This document shows positions 36,098 through 41,574 of a DNA stretch of 41,574 nt, piece after piece (the first letter of the stretch is position 1; each line of letters begins with the position of its first letter). A program made the translations under genes and the position numbers. The notes under the pieces were generated by a model. It saw only the letters and a program-made list of their open reading frames with translations, made no database searches and was not told the DNA's origin. Where the stretch lies: assembly GCA_032718475.1 (NCBI GenBank), contig JAUCBJ010007591.1:1-41574 (forward strand), in the 5' to 3' direction. Source of the stretch: Nemertoderma westbladi. Taxonomy: Eukaryota > Animalia > Xenacoelomorpha.

Positions 36098-38136
36098 ATG
36101 ACTGAGTTGATAGAGGATGATCTTGGTATCATGGAGCGATATTCCCTACCCTTGCAAGCGTTTGTTGATAGTTTAATAAGCGGCGACGCTAGTCAACCTA
36201 CTACAGAGGACGATGGCCGTTATATCGAACCGCCAATGTCAAAGGAACAGCTCATGCGTGAATTGGACTATAGAAAATTCACCGCTCGCTATATGCATCG
36301 TAAGAGTACGTATATCGACTTCTTAACCACTGGTCATCCTATCGATTTACACGATACGGACGATGTAGACACCAAAAGGGAAATGATCCTATTTAAATAT
36401 CATGCCCAGCGGAGTCAGAACGAAAAACTTAGAATCGAACACGAAAAATTCTATTCGAAATCGACTCAAAATAGAAGACGTTGAAGAACCGGATAAACGC
36501 AGTGACTTCAACGTATATTTGGAATTCTTGAGAGAAGTATGTAAAACTGGAGAAAGATCACCCACGTTTCCTCTACAAGACATGCGTCTTTGGCATTATT
36601 GCGATGAATTCCCTAGACCCAACCAACAAACGGAAAGACATAAACATCCGCGGAGACGTTGCGCTAAACACAGTTTTACTCGCTATACTTACGGGAGTTT
36701 CGAGCGAAACTTGTTCGACGTATCACCTACGCTCGCTCGACTCAAACAATCCTTAAATAAACCGATGATCAGAGTTCCGGAATACTCGGTCAGACCTCCT
36801 CATTCCCTAGTGAGACCTCAAACTCTTGATCCTAATAGTATAACAGATCCTCCTGAACTGTACTCACTGTTCACAGATCTCGTGTTACCCGAACAATTAA
36901 TCGGTGGCACTCCGGTAGTGGGCTCTTTAGATATTCGCCCATCTTACCTAGCCGGATTGGGACGCGGACATTTAATATCGCCGTTTAACCCGTATAATCG
37001 TCCCGGTCTAACCCCGATACAACCCGTCACCGAAGTCGAGGAGAGCGTTGTACGAAACGCGTTAGACACTATTCGGCAAAAGATCGGAAAAGGAACTTAC
37101 GATTGTTTGGAGAAACGTAAATTGCAGCAGCAAGTCCAAGCGGTAAAATAATTAGCTTTACCTCAGTTCGATCGGGAAATCCAGAATCTCGAAGAAGATA
37201 TCGAACTTGGACAAACCTACTCTCTACAAGAGTATTTGGACGAACGCTTCCAACGACAAGCGGAGGAAAATCAGCTCGAGGAGAAACACATCGAAATGGA
37301 TGAGAGAGAAGAAGCAGCTTTAGCCCAACCAGAAGCTCAAATCCTTATGACTGATCTCTATTCCAAAACCATCATTCATCCCTCGATGGTTCCCCATATC
37401 GGAGACAAACTCTTCGCCACGGTACAACCCCAACCGGTTGATATCAACCTAAGATCTCAAGATCTTATCGCTAATGCACCTATGTTACAATGTCCGCCAA
37501 TCGAGGCCACTCATATCGACCGTATACTCGTTGAACCTCCGGACAATCGAGCGGATCTTGTCCGTCGTATGGTACACAAGGTCAACCTATGCGCTAGACC
37601 TTTACCGAACTCATTTTATGGGATCAAAGACCACCCTTATTATGTCAATTTAACTCAATATTATATGGTGAAACCGGAGATCCTACATACAGTTTAAAGT
37701 TTCTACCATTGATAAATCACGCGGTGACTTGTTCATAAACTCGCATCCCGACTTACAAGAAGTTCATAGACAACCATATGAATATAAAGCCAGAGAACGC
37801 GAGTTGGAAAGAACCATCAAACCGAGGAAATTTCTCACTACTCACAGTCAACCTACCGCTCTCGTGCAAACGACCCATCAGGGACCAGTAAGAGCTGCTG
37901 TCTTGAAACGCACTCTAAAGGTTGTTCGACCTCATTCCACTGAGGTTGATATCGATCAACCGGGTACCTCGACTGGCGGATACACCGCCCATAACCCTAA
38001 ACCTTCCGATGCAATTGTATTGTACCCCTCACCCAGGAGTTATAGCCCTCCTAGTAAAGTGGCTCGCCCCAAAGAGAAAATTTCTCTTGCTAGCCTCAAA
38101 AAACTTCGTAAACGCCGTTCACGTAAGAAGGAGTAA
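36098..38136 (+). pseudogene. Additional 3' ORF of the element (about 680 aa), broken by two frameshifts and one stop
   Basis: ORFs 36098, 36402, 37236 and 37729 join via an extra A in GAAAAATT (about 36445), an in-frame TAA at 37149 and a shift at 37672-37695. Confidence 0.7.
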
Positions 38137-38205
38137 TTGTTTAGAGTATTTTTATATTTTAGAAACTGTGATTTTTTATATTTTATAGAATTAAATCCCA
38201 TTTTC

Positions 38206-38214
38206 TGGGAGCGG
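38206..38214 (+). promoter_or_regulatory. Polypurine-tract-like plus-strand primer (TGGGAGCGG)
   Basis: Immediately precedes the TGT of the 3' LTR. Confidence 0.7.
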
Positions 38215-39386
38215 TGTAAAAGCTTTTGCGGACATAACAAGTCATTTTTCCCCACAATGTACCGTGTAGGTGCTTTAAGCGGACATAACAAGTCATTTTT
38301 GCCACAATGCGCCTAATACTCTAAAAGACTGGAGCTCAGATGACGAAATCTGTCAGCTGATTTTCTGTAAACGTGGAGCCTCTTTGTTCTGCTCAGCCAA
38401 TCAGAGCGATTTTCACTTTAACTTGAACAAGGGCCTATGTAAAACCGCGCAATGCATTACGGTCTTTGTTTACCTTTCTGAGCGAGAGAACTGCTTGGAA
38501 ATCTTCTGTACTTCTGATTTTGGAAGTTTCAGACTTTGCCTAAACATCTGATAGCTTTGATTACAAGGACGTAATCTATTATCTGCAATGCATTACTGCA
38601 ACGCATTACTGACAGCAAATCAACTCGGAACCTACCGACATACTGACTCATTGAACTCTCATTTATAACTAGTATGTAACACATACTGATTGTTCACCGC
38701 ATTATTTTACTTCTGTTATTAATTGTTGTTATATGGATATATATTGTTGATATATTTGGATAATACTGATGAATACTCATAAAACCACCCCCCATCTTCT
38801 TGATTACTGAAGGTTAGAGGAACAGGTTACCGGTAGCAACTGCGACTTACATTATAGTGGTTTTTGTGTGAATTAAATGCTATTTCATAATCCCTACATG
38901 TGTCAGTTGCGATCTTCCTTATATATGATCAAATTCAGTGACGGTCGGCAGATCAGTGTGCAGTAGTGTGAAGTAGTGTGAAGTCGTGTGAAGTAGTGTG
39001 ACAGATAATAAAGCATCTCCTAAAGAATGCACTATTTACGAAACTCATTAGCCATCTAGTTGTGATTAGTATAAGTCATAACTCTGTTTTTATACTTAAA
39101 GCGCCGCGTCCTAAAGGAACTGTTAATATTTCCCCGAAAGTAAATATATTTGTCAGAGATTATATAGTAACGATCAATGGAATAATACAGTAGGTCTGCA
39201 CCGCAATAACTTCAAAGCACCCGAATCCAGTCTCCCTTAACTGTGGGTGAAAGGTCGCTCACAGACTGGCTTCGGTGGATGTAACTTCAGTACATTAAAT
39301 AATTGGTCTAGGCTAAAGTCGATTTATAAACAAGAAGACAACTAAAATTGGCAGGTTAAACTGCTAAAGGTCTAAAAGCGCGAACA
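38215..39386 (+). repeat. 3' LTR (1172 bp)
   Basis: Starts TGTAAAAGCTTTTGCG and ends AAAAGCGCGAACA, followed by the TSD. Confidence 0.88.
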
Positions 39387-39391
39387 CCACG

Positions 39392-40158
39392 CAGGCTCGA
39401 ATTTTGTTCTTCCCACTTTAGACTTGTTCCAAATCCTGGAATACGACTAGAAAGTAATGGCGAAGGCATCAAATTCCTTTTCTATTTAGGCAAAAAGGAA
39501 CCAAACTACAGACTATTGATAATTACTCCTGTTATTACTACTGCTGTAATTCGTAATCCAAGTGATGATCCACAACCGAGCGATGATAATTATACCCTCG
39601 TCACCTATTGTCGTCCGAAGCGTGATCCTCCACAGAAACAGGCGGTGGCGGCTCGTGTGAGAAGAGGCGCGAACAATTCCAATGCGCCTTACTTTGTTCA
39701 AGGTTCCTCCAATGGTACGGGGGGGTTCTGTACGGTTCAACCTTCTCGTAAACCCTTCCTTACAGGATGTCATCCTGATTTTGATCCCGCAGTTATCCTC
39801 GATCATGTAAAAAACTCTCTTGGGTTTGCTGACGTCACCTGCTACAGCATATCAAAGGCAGAGTCTCCCGTTCGGTCGTTTTTAATAACGTGTTCAGAGG
39901 ATCAACATTCTCTACTCTTGGATCCAAGTATCTGGCCACTCTATTCGAGAATTCGCGACTTTGAAACAAGGCCCCGCGCCACTAGGCCCATGCGCGTCGC
40001 AACGGGATTTAATACAGCTGTTCCAGACTCTACTGCTACAACTGCGGGTAGCCCTCCTGTGGGAAACAGTAACGCCTAATCGCTGATGCGAACCGGTACG
40101 CGGCTTTGGACACTGGAACCCAGGGTACCGAAACAAGCGTCGTGGCCGGAGAGTCAGT
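39392..40158 (+). mobile_element. LINE ORF1 remnant (RRM-like) plus possible start of ORF2; probable target of the BEL insertion
   Basis: FLTGCHP...SFLITC...LLDPSIWP in ORF 39516-40079, then an FGHWN endonuclease-like start near 40105. Confidence 0.65.
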
Positions 40159-40585
40159 GAAGTAGCTCAAGCATTCTTAACATTCTGTCCATGCTGGGCT
40201 CTAACTGCTACGCCGGGTTCATTGTGTCAAGTTCAATGCACACATCTCCAACCAGACACTATATAACATTGGAGGTGTCTCATTGGTTCCCCCAAGCTTG
40301 ACACTAGAACAAAATCGCCTCCGCTTTGCAGGACATTGCTTTCGCCGTGAGGACCAGCCAGTGCATAATCTTGTACTTTGGCAGCCTCATGGAGTGAATA
40401 AGCTTGGTGGACAGCCCATGACTTTCTTGAGACGCATCTTAAAGGACACTGGCCTTGAAGATGCGGATGATCTAGCAAATGTCATGGGTGATAGGGAGTT
40501 GTGGCGGTGCAATTTTGTCGATAAGCCGGCACAGCATTCTTAAAAAAGCAGCTGCAATGCAGCATGCCGATCCTAGTAGTAGTAG
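40159..40585 (+). mobile_element. 5'-truncated RTE insertion with (TAG)n tail and 53-bp TSD
   Basis: Exact duplication of 40106-40158 at 40586-40638. Nearly identical to the 11787 copy where they overlap. Confidence 0.93.
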
Positions 40586-40779
40586 TTGGACACTGGAACC
40601 CAGGGTACCGAAACAAGCGTCGTGGCCGGAGAGTCAGTTGTCCCCTGTGTAACTCTGCCTTGAGTCTGAGCTTGGTGGGATAAATATTTCTCCATTTGAC
40701 GCAACACCGCCGCGGCCGCTGTGAGGGAGGTGAATACCGCGGCCGCTCCTAAAGCCGCAGGCCATCGCTAACTATATAG

Positions 40780-41574
40780 GTTAACTTGGGATTCTGGGGG
40801 ACTTTTCGATGAAGGAACAGACCAAATTTTTTTATTTTCGCACCAGGGGAGCGACTCGGAATTCTAAGATATTAGCCACTCTAACATTAGCAAATCTATC
40901 CCCTCGACGGACACGGCGGACAAAAAACCGTCATTTTTTTGACAATTTTAAAAATTTTTTGAAAGGCGCTCTACAGTGGCTCGAAAAAACCCTAGGTTAT
41001 TGCTTAACCGACGCGGGGATACGATAGAAGGGATTAATTAGTGAATTCGTTTTTTTTTTCAAAAAAGATTACCACGCCTTTTTCCCGAAATTGTCCGTCA
41101 AAGTTGAAAAAACGGACAAAATGGCTTTGCGGGATCCGCTCTGACTCGGCTAATATTAATCGTACGGGGACGAAATTAACGCGGTTGGAAAGGGGAAGAG
41201 TGGTACTACCTTCGTATCGAATGGGGGTAAGATATTTATTAATATTTCGGGTGGAAAAAGGGGCCGTAACTTTGTCCGTTTTTTCCATCTTTTTTACCTA
41301 ATTAATATTTCCAAAATTTTTAATTCGACAACGATAGTAGGAATCTGCCAATTCTTTTTCGGAAAGCGTAGAAGACCACAGGGGCTACATTCCTATCGAA
41401 TGGGGGCACAAAAAATATGTAGGCAAAGGGGTCCAAAAAGGGCCCGAAAATAATAAAAAGTTTATAACTAACAACTTTTTTATTTTTGACTCTAGAAGGT
41501 TAAAGTACATTTTATACGGTTAATATCGATACGGGGAATCCAAATATTCGATTGGTTTTGCCGCGCAAACGATA
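40780..41574. other. Unclassified CpG-rich, homopolymer-rich segment, possibly a DNA transposon subterminal region
   Basis: Composition shift only. No convincing ORF or second TIR in the window. Confidence 0.25.

Larger units (their letters stand above)
26287..39386 (+). mobile_element. BEL/Pao LTR retrotransposon, integrase-less copy
   Basis: TGT...ACA termini, 5-bp TSD CCACG (26282-26286 and 39387-39391), BEL-type gag-pol and a PPT before the 3' LTR. Confidence 0.92.

Noticed and set aside
38766-38790. CTGATGA hammerhead core in the 3' LTR
   Set aside because: No properly placed GAAA or stems, and not conserved in the 5' LTR (CTGATCC).
26287-39386. DIRS/tyrosine-recombinase element explaining the missing integrase
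   Set aside because: Direct TG..CA LTRs, a TSD, an aspartic protease and BEL-type motifs are present, and no recombinase motif is seen.

Overview
Repeat-rich animal (probably invertebrate) genomic DNA with spliced genes. Host genes, both on the + strand and both incomplete in this window: two probable exons of an NMDA-type glutamate receptor N-terminal domain (17216-18455) and exons 1-3 of a FOXRED2-like flavoprotein (23207-26077). Most of the rest is retroelement. It includes a decayed near-full-length APE-RT LINE with a Ulp1-like protease domain (7113-13834, minus), several RTE copies (three with clear TSDs), MITE-like repeats, and a 13.1-kb BEL/Pao LTR retrotransposon (26287-39386, TSD CCACG) in FOXRED2 intron 3. 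The BEL/Pao element is the most unusual object. (1) It has no tRNA primer-binding site; the 11 nt directly after the 5' LTR are perfectly complementary to a sequence inside that LTR, which suggests Tf1-like self-priming. (2) Its 2.2-kb leader holds a tandem 289-nt structured RNA unit with compensatory changes and a near-invariant, possibly pseudoknotted core. (3) Its two LTRs are strongly diverged although the 1979-aa Gag-PR-RT ORF is intact. (4) Gag contains a dense cluster of consensus U1/5' splice sites. (5) Pol breaks off inside RNase H with no integrase and is followed by an unknown, disrupted ORF of about 680 aa. All alignments and folds were done by eye.
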